From Amoebidium appalachense (Eukaryota > Protista > Ichthyosporea): 64,000 bases of DNA. The notes under the pieces were generated by a model that had not been told where the DNA came from, made no database searches, and was given only the letters and a program-made list of their open reading frames with translations. This document shows, in pieces, positions 14,859-51,124 of the stretch. The stretch covers positions 8,289,408-8,353,407 of the forward strand of contig CAVNZM010000009.1 of the NCBI GenBank assembly GCA_963693365.1, written 5' to 3'. The stretch's first letter is position 1, and every line of letters starts with the position of its first letter. Both the position numbers and the translations under genes were made by a program.

Positions 14859-15224
14859 ATGGCACAAGCACTCAGTGCACACACACGTGTCCCCCTTCCC
14901 CCTCCTCCCCCCCCAGCTTTCCCCTGGCTCCTCGAAAGCTCCACAACCCCCAAAGGTTTAAAAAGCAAAGGAGGAAATGAAAGAATGTGAATATTTGCGA
15001 CATATCGGTTTACATATGCAGGCTCCCAAACAAACCATAGCCTTTTTGGAGATGCACGTTCTTATATTGCAGTCTACCATCCTTAATGATGGAGAAACAT
15101 GTTGAAAACAGGCTTTTAAGTGCGCATAAGGGTGTTTGTAATGCATATGTACGTGTGTGTGCGTGCGTGTGTGTGTGAATGCGTGCTTGTGTGCTTGCAT
15201 GTTTGTGCGCTTGGCAGGTGTGAT

Positions 15225-15272
<48 letters not shown>

Positions 15273-16004
15273 GTTCGGTAGTGTAACCTGTAAACTCATA
15301 CACAACACCACAATCCACAAAGGGTAATCCCACCACCAAAGGCCGTTCGCGCGCATCAGACCGTGGTTCGAACACAGGAAACAAATCTTCCACACAGCAA
15401 TCGCGCGCATCAAATTCGGATGATGAAACGGAGGTGCAACGGTTGATGGATTTGGGGATTGTTAAACCCCCCGATGCATATATGCTGTTTAGGCATTCGT
15501 TTGCGGCTGCGAACCCACAACTTAGCGGATCGTTATTGCAATGGCAGGCGGTTATGGAGTGGAGGGATTTGACAAAGGGGGATAAGAGGAAGTTTGCTTT
15601 TGAGGCAGAGAGATTGATGACAAAGTACGTTGTGTCCCACACACGTTTTGTGTTTTTCTTCGCTGCATATGGTTACATTGATGTGTTCTGGTGATCTTTC
15701 TGTTGTTATATTTCCTATGTTGTTGCTATGTGTACGTATAATGGGTATTATCGGTGCATGCATGTTTTTTGGTACTTCACATGTGTGATAGCGGATGGAA
15801 GATGTTCGGGTGTGTCATGGATGAAATGTGCTGCATGCTTTGTGGGTGTTGGGCATGAATCAAGGGTGCTGGTGGGTTTGGCTGTTGGAGTTGGTTGCTT
15901 GATTTCACGCTTGTTGTGAAGCACCCATATTTCTAAAAAAAACCTCCCATCCCCCCCCCCCCCCCCCCCCTCCCCCTTTCCCCCCCCCTCCCCCCCTTCC
16001 TCCC

Positions 16005-16035
<31 letters not shown>

Positions 16036-16783
16036 CCACCCACACATCCCTACCGCACGGTATATCTCTTCCTCACTTCTTCTCTCTCTCTCCTCCCCCT
16101 CGCCCTGCCTCTCTCCATACAATTTCACCCACACACCGCCATATTTATAATGTTCGATTTCTCAACCCTCCAAGCCCCCCTCCCCTCGCTGTCGCCGCTG
16201 CCCCCCTTCCCCTCCCATATAACATCACACACAAACAACCATAATTATCATGATGGATCCTCTGCTTAGTACATTCCATAAGTGTCATTCACGGTTCAGT
16301 TTTAGCTACACACCACACGATATCTGCCCACTTCATCCCCCCCCCCCCCCCCCCTCCTCTCCAGGTTTTTTCTTTTGGCATGTTTATATCTCCTCCTTTC
16401 TTCCCCCCCCCCCCCCCCCCCCCCGTTTCTCTTCTCTCCTCCATTTGTTTGTGGCATCCGTTTATATCTTAGCTTACGTGTGTTCCATCATGTACTATTG
16501 ATGCCCCCTTCTCCCCTCCCCCCCCCCCCCCCTCCCCACCCCCGACTCCCCCCCCCCAACCTCTCATATCTCCTTGCCGGGATCTATTTCGTGTGCATGA
16601 CGCCAATTCACGTGAGCACCAGGCACGCACGTCCACATGTATGCTCATTCACATGCACGCGCGGATGTATACACGCACAAACATATGTGCACAAACGCAT
16701 ACATACATACGCAGAGAGAGATAGGGGAACACACATGCGAACACACAAACAAGTGTGCGCTTGCACACACAGACGCACTAAAT

Positions 16784-16849
<66 letters not shown>

Positions 16850-18003
16850 ACAGCCGCACTGGCCCACTTTATCCCAATTTCCCAACACAACCGTTGAACA
16901 GTAGTCCTCCCGTGCTCCTTCACTCATTCCTATCCCCCCCCCCTCCCCCCCTTTCTTCAGTCCCCTCTCCCTCCCCCTCCCCCTCCCTCCCCCCCCCCCC
17001 CCCCCCCCCGCCCCACTTAGTCTCCGGGCCTCCTTTTCTCCTTTCTCCCCCCCCCCCCCCCCTCCTTTACTTCCATGCAACCGGGCATGGTTGCTCTGTG
17101 TCGTGCATCTGTAAGCACACGCGTTTGTCGCTGCACTGCATTAGTTTGCACACACATCTTCACCGTTTTGCTCACCTTGCTTGCATAAGCAACCCTGCTC
17201 GTCTTTGATCAAGACGGGTTGACCCACCCAAGTTCAGTTGATGCTGCTGTCTGAGTTGGAGCGTCGTATATACGCGGGCTAAGGGGTCGAAACTCAGACG
17301 CAATTGATGACTTGGGCCCTCCCTGAGGATGGGCTCTGCTTATGACGCATACTGTGCGCATGGCTGATGCTGCATAGTTGAATGTTTGCCTTTGCATGTG
17401 TCCTGCACCATGCTTCTCATCGTGTATGCGTACTTCGTACTGTGTTCCGCATTCAAACCCCCCTGTCTTCTTTCAGAGGTGTCCTTTCAGGACAGACCAC
17501 TGTGTGGAGACATCTTTACTTCCATGCAACCGGGCATGGTTGCTCTGTGTCGTGCATCTGTAAGCACACGCGTTTGTCGCTGCACTGCATTAGTTTGCAC
17601 ACACATCTTCACCGTTTTGCTCACCTTGCTTGCATAAGCAACCCTGCTCGTCTTTGATCAAGACGGGTTGACCCACCCAAGTTCAGTTGATGCTGCTGTC
17701 TGAGTTGGAGCGTCGTATATACGCGGGCTAAGGGGTCGAAACTCAGACGCAATTGATGACTTGGGCCCTCCCTGAGGATGGGCTCTGCTTATGACGCATA
17801 CTGTGCGCATGGCTGATGCTGCATAGTTGAATGTTTGCCTTTGCATGTGTCCTGCACCATGCTTCTCATCGTGTATGCGTACTTCGTACTGTGTTCCGCA
17901 TTCAAACCCCCCCCCCTCCCCACTTAGTCTAGTCTCCGGGCGTCCTTTTCTCCTTTTCCTCCCCCCCCCCCCCCCCCGCCCCCGCCCCCGCCCCCGTTCC
18001 CCC

Positions 18004-18073
<70 letters not shown>

Positions 18074-18394
18074 CTCTTTAACGTTCCCGCTTCACCATTC
18101 TTTTCCCCAGAACTCTTATATTCCTATTTGCCGCCATTATGCGCTACCAATACATCACGCTGACCCCTTCGGTTTGTAGAAAATAATTGTTGGTGAACGC
18201 TGTGTACTTTTTCTCGCGTCATTCTAGTTTACTGACATGTTTTTTCGTGCTTATGCAGATACCGTCAGGAGTGTTTGGGGGCTGGAGGCACACCCCGGCC
18301 AGTACGCAAGAAGAGACGAATGTCACCAACAGGGGAGAAGGATGAGGGGGACTCGACGGTGCCTACACCTGTGAGCGATCTATCACGCCGGTGA
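13228..18394 (+). CDS. PHD-finger + HMG-box chromatin protein (multi-exon; internal exon boundaries and 3' end uncertain)
   Basis: Exon 13228-13576 encodes a C4HC3 PHD finger (CPVC...QCEACRIWTHIKC...FFCPEC) ending at AG|GTGAGT. Probable exon 13979-14079 carries a basic KKRKKK patch. An exon ending at 15624 encodes VKPPDAYMLFRHSF...AVMEWRDLTKGDKRKFAFEAERLMT and splices in phase to 18259 (KYRQE...RPVRKKRR), completing an HMG box. Stop at 18392-18394 if read through the GTGAGC at 18371. Confidence 0.75.
17065..17910 (+). repeat. ~449-bp tandem repeat (about 1.9 units) in an intron of the PHD-HMG gene
   Basis: CTTTACTTCCATGCAACC begins at 17065 and 17514; the units appear identical by eye; bounded by poly-C. 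Confidence 0.95.
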
Positions 18395-18701
18395 ATCGTT
18401 CTTTTTTAGATCGTTTCTTTTTTCTGTTTTAGGTTTTCCAAATTTGCGTTTCTATGTGCTGTTGTCCAAAGGGTCGGGTAGCAGGTTTGTAGAATGTAAG
18501 AAAGACTTTACATGCTGACCGTTGCTTTTTGTCGAGAGAGGTTGACAGACATAATCTTGGATTATGTGTTTTATCACCGTATTGTTTTGCTTGCGTGCGT
18601 GTCTGCTGGTGATGGTGGTGGATGTAGGTTGGGTTGGTGGGTGATTTGGTTGGCCGGGTGGGGCATGTGGGGTGCACACCTTTGTTAGGTGAGGCGGCGG
18701 T

Positions 18702-18752
<51 letters not shown>

Positions 18753-19044
18753 CTGGGTGGCTGGGTTGGCGGTGGGGGGGGGGGGGGGGGGGGGGAGTGG
18801 TGGGTGGGTTAGGGGGAGGGGAGGGGGGGGGGGGGGGGGGGGGAGGGGGAAATGGATGAACTGGGCACCTGCACGTTGAACAGGTTTAGATGAAGAGACA
18901 AATGCTGTGCTTTTGTAAGGCCTTTACCTTTTCTGAGTTTTTTTTTTTTTGGAATAAAAAATAGGCTACTCGAGCGAGGAAATGCACACTACTGAAATGA
19001 GGCTTCTGGTGTGACATGCATGCAAAAAAGGGATGAGGTCCGAG

Positions 19045-19079
<35 letters not shown>

Positions 19080-21159
19080 CCCGCCCGGGCGACCCGCCTG
19101 CAGCAGCTGCAGCCCCTGCCATCTGCACAGACCTCCGGCATCTGGTTCGGAGCTGGTGAATGTATGATGTCAGTTTCGACTTGTCCCACAATCAAACACC
19201 AAGTACATACCCATCAGTAGCATATTCACCATCCGGTGCATATATATTGGGCAGCAAGCTAAAGTGATCTAGGCGTTCAATGGCAAAACGTTGTGATCGT
19301 TAAATGTGCACAGTTGTGCAGTAATTGTGGATGTGGGTATGGTGCAATCGCAAGCTGATGACCCCCAGATTGGTTGCAAAAACTCTGAAGAAAAAATTCA
19401 ATATGAAAACTTACGTGCCGTATGTCAACCGTTGTTGAGCTAAGGCGAAACGGCTTTCGAGCGTTTTCGCCCCCGTCTATTATGAAATGATACATGCATG
19501 TATGCCATAAAGTTTCTATGTATTTGCCTACTAATCCTGACACGTGCCGCTGTTAAATGTAAAGCTGTAATCTCAATCATTCTATATCAATGTGTGATGC
19601 ATCGACCTAGATCTTGAGCACTTGTTTGGAAAGCGATTCTGCCCTCCCCCTTCTACCCTCGTCCTCTTCCCCACCCCCCCCACCCCACCCCACCCCCCTC
19701 CCCCATTCTCCTTTCCCCCTCCCCCCCAAAGCCTTCCGTAATTGGACATTAAGATTGTCTCCCGGCTCCGGCACGGTGTTCATCATTTCGTTGCTTCGTG
19801 TGCATGACGCCAAGGCACATAAGCACCATGCATGCACATGTATACGCCGGTATCATGCACCTGCACACCTCAGGCACATGCGCACTCACATGTACACTCA
19901 GATGCAGAGAAAAATGTTGTTTATCCCTGGTATGGGTAGGCACACATCTCCACACACACACACACACACCGGAATGCACCCTCCATCTCCCAAAAACAAT
20001 CAGAAACCTCTAAATTTGTGCTTCACCAATTCCAACCCCCCCCCCCCCCCCCCACACACACACACTTAAAAACACACCCACCCACCCAAACACGCACCCG
20101 CCCATCCACCCACCCTCCACCCAGCCACGGCCCACCCACCCCTCCTCACATCCTCCCATTCCCCCGGTTCTGATGCATCCCCCCTTCATTCCGGAGGAGT
20201 CCTTTTGACCATCCCCCCCCCCCCCCCCCCTCCCCCCCCCCCCCCCCCCCTCTCCCTCCCCAACTCCCCCCGGCCCCCACCCCATCCCCCCTCACACACC
20301 CCTATCCATCGTTCCTCCCTCCTTCTTCGCATGTGCACCAATGGTTCCCCTGTATTGTTCTTGGTGACTTTCTCAATACTGTGGCATGTGTACCACTGAT
20401 ATGATCTTGGGGGAAGAATGGGAGGGCCAAAAGGGGGATGCTCCAGTCTCTAATCTCATAACAGCAGCCAAATATATGGTAAATTCCGTACCATAGTTGT
20501 GGCAATTCTCGGCTTTAAAACAAAGTTTGGAGAAACCTTTCTTTCCCCAAACGTTCCTTCAATAAGATGTCTTTTCAACTTTTGTTTAGACTAAGTTAAT
20601 GAAGCAACCTTCTGCTTCTGCCCAGTGCCACGGGTTGTCTAAAGAGTCCTTTGGGGTCATGTTCGGAGTAGATACTATGTATTGTATGATGTCGGGTTTT
20701 GAAGGCTCGTCCCACAATCAAAAACCTCAAGGTACATCCAAATTATCTGCACATTCACAGGCTGGTTGAAATGGGGCAAGCAAGTGCTCTGGGCATTGAA
20801 GAAACCTTTCTATAGGTGCACATTATTTGTCCAGTTTGTGATAACTTGCGTTCACGACTCCTGAAGGCCACTCCGGGCATTCATATACTGCCCCAGATAG
20901 GTTGCAGAAAAAGAAAAGACGAAACAGAAAATATGATCATGCATACATGTGAAATGTACTTGTTTGGCAACGGCAGTAGATATGTGCCTTAGGCAGTGAA
21001 CTGTTCGCGTAAAAACTACAGTAGGTATGTGGAGTTTTTCTAAGGGTTTTTAAGGGACAGAGTAAGGGGGGCGGGGGGAGAGGGGAGGGGGGAGAGACCT
21101 GAGTCCGGGTGGGGGCGGGGAGGGGGATCTCCCACGTGAAGGGGGACCTCCCACGTGAA

Positions 21160-21195
<36 letters not shown>

Positions 21196-21569
21196 AGCCC
21201 CCTGCGAGGGCTCCCCGGGGGGGGAGGGGGGGGGGGGCCCTCCAACGTAGGGGGCGGGGAGGGAGGGGGGGGGGGGGGGGGGAGGGGGAGGGGGACCTCC
21301 CACATGAACTCTATATCTGTAGGGGCCTTTTTTGGAATTTGTCTTTTTTTTTCTTTTTTTCTCGGGGAGGGGGGAGGGAGGGCACCTCCAAGGTTCCCAG
21401 TCAGGTGCCCCCCCCCCCCCCCCAAAAAAAAAAAGAAAAAGCCTTTGAAAGAAATGTTGAGACCGCACCCACCTCTGGGGTGGCGATGATGTGAAAGTCA
21501 TGTTTGTCGACATGAGCGAGCATTGGCATCCCAAAAATCATACAGGCTGAGTCTTTAAGCATAGGAAAT

Positions 21570-21658
<89 letters not shown>

Positions 21659-21999
21659 CGGGCGTCCGCCGGCGGATCTCCCTCTCTTTCCGCCTTCTGT
21701 GTGGGATCTCCACCGCCTCTCCGATCCCCGGGGATCTCACGGTAGGGCTTACTCGGTTCTTACTATGTTAATAATCCTCCTTTTTTGTTGTTTCAGTATG
21801 AAAATGTTTTATACATCTCAATCCCGTGAGGACACTTCAAATACTTCCCCCCCCCTCCCCCCCCCCCCCCCCCCCCCCCTCCTCAAACCACCACCTCCAT
21901 CACCACCACCAACAATAATAATAATAATAAATATAAAAAAAACCGTGTTCACTCGCTCATTTCCATCTCAGGCAAATACCGTGAGGACACTTCGAATCT

Positions 22000-22039
<40 letters not shown>

Positions 22040-22161
22040 ACCACCACCACCACACACACACACCCCAACCACCACCACCACCACCACCAACCAAAAAAAA
22101 AAAAAAAAAAAAAAAAACAAACAACAGGTTTTCAGGCTACCTGTTGTTTTTCCCTATTTTA

Positions 22162-22280
<119 letters not shown>

Positions 22281-22677
22281 AGGGGGGGGCGGGAACGGGG
22301 GAAATCCCCCCGGAATTCCCCCCACGTGGACCCTCCCCCGGGGGGTGTGTGTGAGGGGGGGAAAGGGGGGAAGGGGAGTCGGCCAGTGGAGTTTTTCTAT
22401 GGCCTTTTGAATGGGGGGAGGGGGGAGGGGGGAGAACGTCCGGCCCACGTAAACCTCCCGCAGGGGGGGAATGAGGGGGGGGGGGGGGGGGGGGGAGGGG
22501 GGGGGGGAGGAAGGGGGGGGAGGGGGAACCCGTCCACTTTGAGGCATGAATCACGCACACACATTCACAGTGCACAGACGCACTGCACACACATCAGGCA
22601 TGCCGACACACAACACAGTCGCTCACATTCGATATACACATGTGAAACACACACCGTGACATCTGATAAATTTCAAC

Positions 22678-22763
<86 letters not shown>

Positions 22764-22824
22764 GCGCACACACGCACACGCACACACACACACGCACGCA
22801 CGCACACACACACGTACACACACG

Positions 22825-22880
<56 letters not shown>

Positions 22881-23842
22881 GCATGTACACACACACAGAC
22901 ACACTGGTACGCACGCACACAAGCAGGCATGCGTATATGCATGGACACAAGCATTGTTCAGCTCTAGCACCAACGCAAAGCACACATGCATGCTGTGAGA
23001 CACGCCCACGCATACACATGCACGCGTAACGCTCACAGCACGCCTCCACTGACATTATTCACGAACACACACACGAGAACACAGGATATGAGAAAACATT
23101 TTTAGGCGCCGTGGAAGCACACAGTTTTTGTCCCCACCAGCATCTATAAGCTTACACACATCATATAACCAGCAAGTTCCATACGCGAGCCACCTGGACT
23201 CATTCGAACTTTCATTCAAACAAAAACAGCGCAATGGCGTGGGCAGTACTTGCAATGGCCAGATGATGGCCATGACCATTGCCACCATCATGGCATGCCA
23301 CGCCATGACAGAGCAAACCGCAATCAACACGTGAACCTTATTCAAGGCAGCAAGAATAGAGGACAACATTATGTGCAGTTGCACTTTGCATTGTTCCTCT
23401 AATATCCGTTAATACCATGATTTGTGCCTGTGCACGTGTCGTGCGGGGTGAAGCTGTCCTGCCCTGTGCGAGCGACAATCAAAAAGTTTCAATGCTAGCC
23501 TAAATAAGCTTATCAGTTGGATCAAGCGATGATTGCCCACACTGCGGCCCACCGGTGGGCCGTGCAGAGTGCAGACCAGTTGTACACGTGCACTCGTTTG
23601 CACTTTTACTTGCAGACTCAGAGTGGGGAGGGTTTTTGGGACCATCACTGGATAACAATTCAGCTAGACTGTAAATAAATAGTCCTCAATATCACCCTCT
23701 ATTATTGTGCTTTAAGTGCACGACCTTAAGTTAGAGCTTGCTGGCTAGATACGCGGTCGGTTTCCTTCTTTGATCTTCGCAGAAACCCTAAACTACACAG
23801 AACTCAATATAGGGCCTCTTTAGGCCTAAAAAAGAGTACAAA

Positions 23843-45851
<22,009 letters not shown>

Positions 45852-46304
45852 CGTTGGGTAACATGGAGGGATCTACCATGTGGAACATGTGCGGTGTTCT
45901 CTTCAGCACGGAAATGGTTTTTGAGGGACTGAGTTTGCCCCATGTAAGCTGTGAATTATTACAATCGGAGATTTCAGCTATTGCGATGCCCCCCTGTTTA
46001 TTATTTTATTCATTCGTTTATTTTATCAATTTGTGGATTGAGGTTGGTTAGGCACTGTGTGGGTGTGCTGTAAGCCCGCCCGGGGGAGGGGGAGGGGGGG
46101 ATATTAACCACCCCTTTGTTAGAAATGAATGCATCTGTCATGGAGTACTTGCACTAATTGCCAAATGACTGTTACAGCATATGCCAGCCCCAATCATTCT
46201 GCCTTATACCTTAATCGGTTTCCGCGTTGTCTCTCGGGCTTTCTTGTTGCTTCCCTTAGTGGGAGGGGAAGAGGGAGGGGTGTGTGTGTGTGTGTGTGTG
46301 TGTG

Positions 46305-46351
<47 letters not shown>

Positions 46352-46467
46352 CTGGCGGTACAAGTAACAGGGTGATATCAATGAGCCATGTGTCTTTTTG
46401 TCCGAAAGGTGGGCAACGTGTTTGTTGGGTCTATTGTAGAATAGTTCCTTGGTGATCTAAGTAATTT

Positions 46468-46498
<31 letters not shown>

Positions 46499-47457
46499 GT
46501 TTTTGGTGTGTCGTTTGTGCATGATGCCTTAATGTAGTACTCTATATTGGATAGCATGCACGTGACCACTTCTACAGAATGAATCTTGCACGCTTTCTTA
46601 GACTTGTGATTGAACTGTGTGTTTAGCCAGGACTTCTCGTGTGTACATGATATTTGTGTGTAGGGTGGCGGAAAAAGTTTTGCAAATAAACGGTTACCAG
46701 GCATCTGTGTTGACCTGGACGACTGCCAAATTGATATCATTGCCGCTGCATCCGGGTCGGTCCAGCCCGAATAAGATATATGCAATGCGATTGGCCTGGT
46801 GCGCATCAGTCAGCATTTGGCCCGACCCGATGACCAAAAAGCGGTGACCATAAATCGGCCTAAAAGAAACCCCCCTTAACACTAGCAATGGAATCCGATA
46901 TCTCTGCCTGACATATCTCTGAACATCTCTACGGATATATACTCAACCAGGCTCACATCCCTGAGGCACGCCTTTACCAAACATATCATCATTTGAACAT
47001 CTCTATGGATATATAATTTTCAGGGATGCCGCCGAGTGCATTACAAAAGGCTCTGTGATCTGTTCGTAACTTTGAACTTACTCCGATTGACAGTGGTCGT
47101 TGTGGGGTTTATAATCACTGCACAGCGCCAAAAGATGATAACGCCTGGACCGGGCGGGAATCGGATAAAATGAAATGTACTGAGCGGTTTGGATTCGCAA
47201 TTCCACTTAAAAAAAAAAAAAGCCATTTGATTGGATCCGCAATTCCACTTTAAAAATTTGAGTTATTGCTTTTTGGCCAATTGGTCAGATGGTCGCGATC
47301 GGTGGTGCAATGGGATGTATGTGAAGATTTTCTGCAAGAATGTTCGAAAATTCAGCCATCTACTTTAAATTTTAACCAGCATGCGCACCAACTGGCTAAT
47401 ATTAGGTTTATAAGCAGTGAATCCCTCCATCTCCCCCAAACCCAGCTGCACCCCATA

Positions 47458-47491
<34 letters not shown>

Positions 47492-48208
47492 GGCTCACCC
47501 CACCTTTCCCCTCCGGCCTCCCCTCCCCCCCCCCCCCCCCCCCCCTCCCCCCGCCCCACCCCTCTCTCTGGCACCCACCCACCCCAATTAACGCACCCGG
47601 GCCCACCCAACCCCACCAAGCACAGGCGCACCCACCATCACCACCACCCCACTAACACTTCTGCAAGTCACCATAGCTGCCCATTGCGTGCCATGGGCAG
47701 ACACGGTTATTGCGGCCGGGCGCCGCCAGGGCATGATGGAATGCGCGCGCACACGAACACAACGTGTAGCGTAAACACACAGCTGCACACCCATACACAC
47801 AAAAGCACCCACATGATCATACCGTGATTCTCGAGCTCGGCTTGTGCTATATGCTGTACGCATAGCATAATAGGCGGTTTATATAATGGCCACAATTCTA
47901 GATTTATCCGATCCTCATGACTCATGAAACACGCATATTTTTCCCTAACTTTTGGTTATGATTAGGGTCCACCATGTAGCCATGTTAACATACCAACATA
48001 AGCCTAACATATCAATAATAGTCTAAAATAAAGGGGGGAAAAGAAAAGAAAAGAAAAAAACAAACACACAAGGAGTCTGGATCGAAATTTATTGGTATGG
48101 TAAGGGGTGAAACGATTCATGCTTAATTACCATTTAGAGTGCACGGATGTACATGTGTGTGTGTGTGTACGTGTGTGTGTGTGTGTGTGCGTGTGTGTGT
48201 GTCTGTGT

Positions 48209-48303
<95 letters not shown>

Positions 48304-48724
48304 TCACGGTGTGTGCGCGCGCACACGTGCACGTGTATGTGTGTGCGTGTGAACACTTGCAGGTGACCGTGTGCGTCTGCACGGAACACTTTTGTGTATG
48401 ATTGTGTCTGTGAACAGAAAAGAGAGAGAAAGAGACGTATCCTAGACTAGGCCGTGAGACGGGGGTGGGAGTTGGGGTGGTGTTAACGTGGAACCTGAGG
48501 GCGGGAAAAGGGGAGGGAAAGGTGAGGGAGAGGGGGAGGGAACGGGGGGGGGGGAGAGGGGGGAGAGAGGGAGAGGGAGAGTGAGAGAGAGGGGAAGAGG
48601 CAAAGGGAGAGAGGGAGGGAGGGAGAGGGAGAGGGAGAGGGAGAAGGAAAGGGAGGCCGGGAGGGAAGGGAGGGATATCGATGCATGGACATGGGTGCCC
48701 GGGGAAGAGACCGGTGCAGCTGCA

Positions 48725-48774
<50 letters not shown>

Positions 48775-49103
48775 AGGGGGGAGGGGGGGAGAGGAGGGGG
48801 GAGGGTGGGTGGGTGCGGGGGAGTGCGGGGGAAGGGAGAGGGGGAGGGACGTAGGAGAGGGAGAGGGAGACGGAGAGGGATAGGGGGGAATTGAAGGTGC
48901 AAGCTAGCGCTGGGGTCAGAGCTCAGTGAACTAGAGAGGAGTGGGGGGAAGGGGGAGGGGGGGGGACAGGAGAGGGAGAGGGAGACGGGGAGGCAAAGGG
49001 AGGGTTGAAGATGCGCATGCGCATGCAAGCTGGGGTCACTAAAATCACTGAACTAGATCTCGAGGAACTAATGAATTCTAACAAGCAAAAGACAGTTACG
49101 AAG

Positions 49104-49219
49104 CTAACACGTACTGACGTGTGGGCCGCACGTGCGACGTTATACATCTACGGCGGCCCTTAAGGGGACAAAAAAAAAGAAAAAAAGAAGAAAGGAGACA
49201 CCGCCTCAGTAGGTGGTAG
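49104..49219. mobile_element. MITE, copy 2 (~116 bp)
   Basis: Same termini and similar internal sequence as 8821-8937; different target duplication TTACGAAG on both sides. Confidence 0.8.
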
Positions 49220-50614
49220 TTACGAAGCTGTCTTCAGGTTATTCCTTTTTTTTACAATGTTGTTCGATGAGACAAGGCTTATTAATAATCATCTCACGAG
49301 TATCGAGCCGTGAGCTGGCAGGGCCTCACCAGTGGGCCACCACGTCTACTGTAGACGCACGCCCACGGGAACGGGAGCTGATATCGATGCTAAGGCTGAG
49401 CGGCCGGCCGGCCCTATTATTGCCAGGGTGTGAAAACTGTTCTTTGGTTGGTCATATTTAGCTCTTTTCCTCCAGTCTGGATAGCCACTAGAGCCATCGA
49501 AAAGCGTTTTCAGAGGAATGGAGTTTTTTAGGGGGGGGCTTATTTTGCTGTAATAGAGCTACTATCAGTGGACCTAAACTCATTAGGACCGTCATTTTGT
49601 TTCAAAAAGTATTCTGCGGCGAATATCATTTTAATTTCAAAGCCTGGTCAAAAGCCATGGTGTTAGCCAATCAAAAAAGTTAGAATGGGAATTCTAGAAT
49701 TTTTTGTTGTGAATACTACTATTTTGGCTAAAATTCACCTTTCCAAATGATCCGGGGAGGCTACGGTAGGCCTATGTATGCACTTAATAATTACATAGCC
49801 TCTACTGTCATTATAGAATATATGGCATTATGAATTCTCGACGAAGCAGACATCAATTGCCTCCGAAGAATATGAATTTCTGTCAGTATGAAATGGGGCC
49901 CGCGTTTTCGGGACGTTCCAGCTGGTTGCACAATCGCCGATGATGAGTCAGACATGTACAGACAGAAATTTGACCAGATCCTATTGGATGCTTCGGCACC
50001 ATATCTCCCAATACATAAGTAACAGCCACAGGGGGGCTCTTTTTCCTGACTGTGCAGAGTGAACTGACAGTCAATAAAATTCAATCAGAGCTGATAAATA
50101 AATACCGAAGCACATGGAACATTAGACTTCAGTATTACGATAACAATAGAAAAAATTTAAAATGTGGGGTATCTAAAAGCCTGAAGCTATATATTACTTT
50201 TGTAAGATGTGATGCACCAGGCTGAGGCATTGCTAGTGCTTATATGTTATTTTTATTATAGCATGAAATATTTTTTCTTTTGACTGGATTTATTCGACGG
50301 AAAGATATGACAAGTATGCACGGCATACTGAGAAGACAATAAAAACTTCACGAGTTATCCAGTAACAAGTGCATACTGAGATACCTGAACACTGTGTGAA
50401 AATCATATAAATACTCAATGTGACGACCAACAGAATTCAACAAAAAGTCTAAAGTGTTCACATTGCCAGCTAGTGTAGCAGATACCCGGAGGGAAAGAGG
50501 TAAAACGCGACATAAAAATTCACACCTATCAACATGCTTGCGATTAAAAAGGTCAGCACAAAAGTGGCACCAGCGGCGATGAAAACAAGAATTACAGCGC
50601 CACATGAAATATTA

Positions 50615-50950
50615 CCAATTGGCTTACGCCCCACAGCCACATGCTCAAGAAGTCCATTTTTTTGAACCAGCCACTACCAATCATAATCCTCGCTTTTCTC
50701 TGCAAAGTAACCAATAGGAGCGGCCTGGTTATCTCGCTCGTACTGCAAAAAGTTCGATTTCGACAGGAGAAAAAAGTCACAAAAAAAACTACAAGTCGCC
50801 TGGTATAACCCGCCTTGCTGTTATATATTTTATACAATTATCTGTTAATATAATATTAAATAGCAGTTTACTTTATTAATATACAGTAAATGTCGACTCC
50901 CCTGCTATCAATCAACCGGCTACAAGGCAGCGATTTGATTGGCTTATGTG
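50615..50950 (+). promoter_or_regulatory. CCAAT-box cluster upstream of the SulP gene
   Basis: CCAAT/ATTGG at 50615, 50677, 50711 and 50938, in a microsatellite-free region before ATG 51125. Confidence 0.4.
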
Positions 50951-51124
50951 GTCTGCAGCCATCTCAACGCACAAAACAAAAGCATTCAAACAGTCCGCAA
51001 CGGTATCACTTCTCTCTTGTTTCCCTTCTCTTCTAACCTCGTTTTCTTCTCATCATCCCCTCGTGCTTTGTACATTTTAATACTTCGAAGGAGTAAACTG
51101 GCAGAGCACAGCGCTAACGCAAAC

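Noticed and set aside
17280-17345. Hammerhead ribozyme in the 450-bp repeat (CTGAGGA and CGAAAC present)
   Set aside because: GAAA precedes CTGAGGA, and no GUH triplet or stems I and III can be formed between them; the minus strand lacks CTGANGA.
17300-17370. Box C/D snoRNA inside the 450-bp repeat (TTGATGA...CTGA)
   Set aside because: The boxes are not conserved among copies (GGATGAC variants; terminal CTGA lost at 40676-41272) and no rRNA guide was recognised.
23055-23384. Divergent small membrane-protein gene upstream of RPA2
   Set aside because: Hydrophobic ORF with no recognisable homology or clear splice structure.
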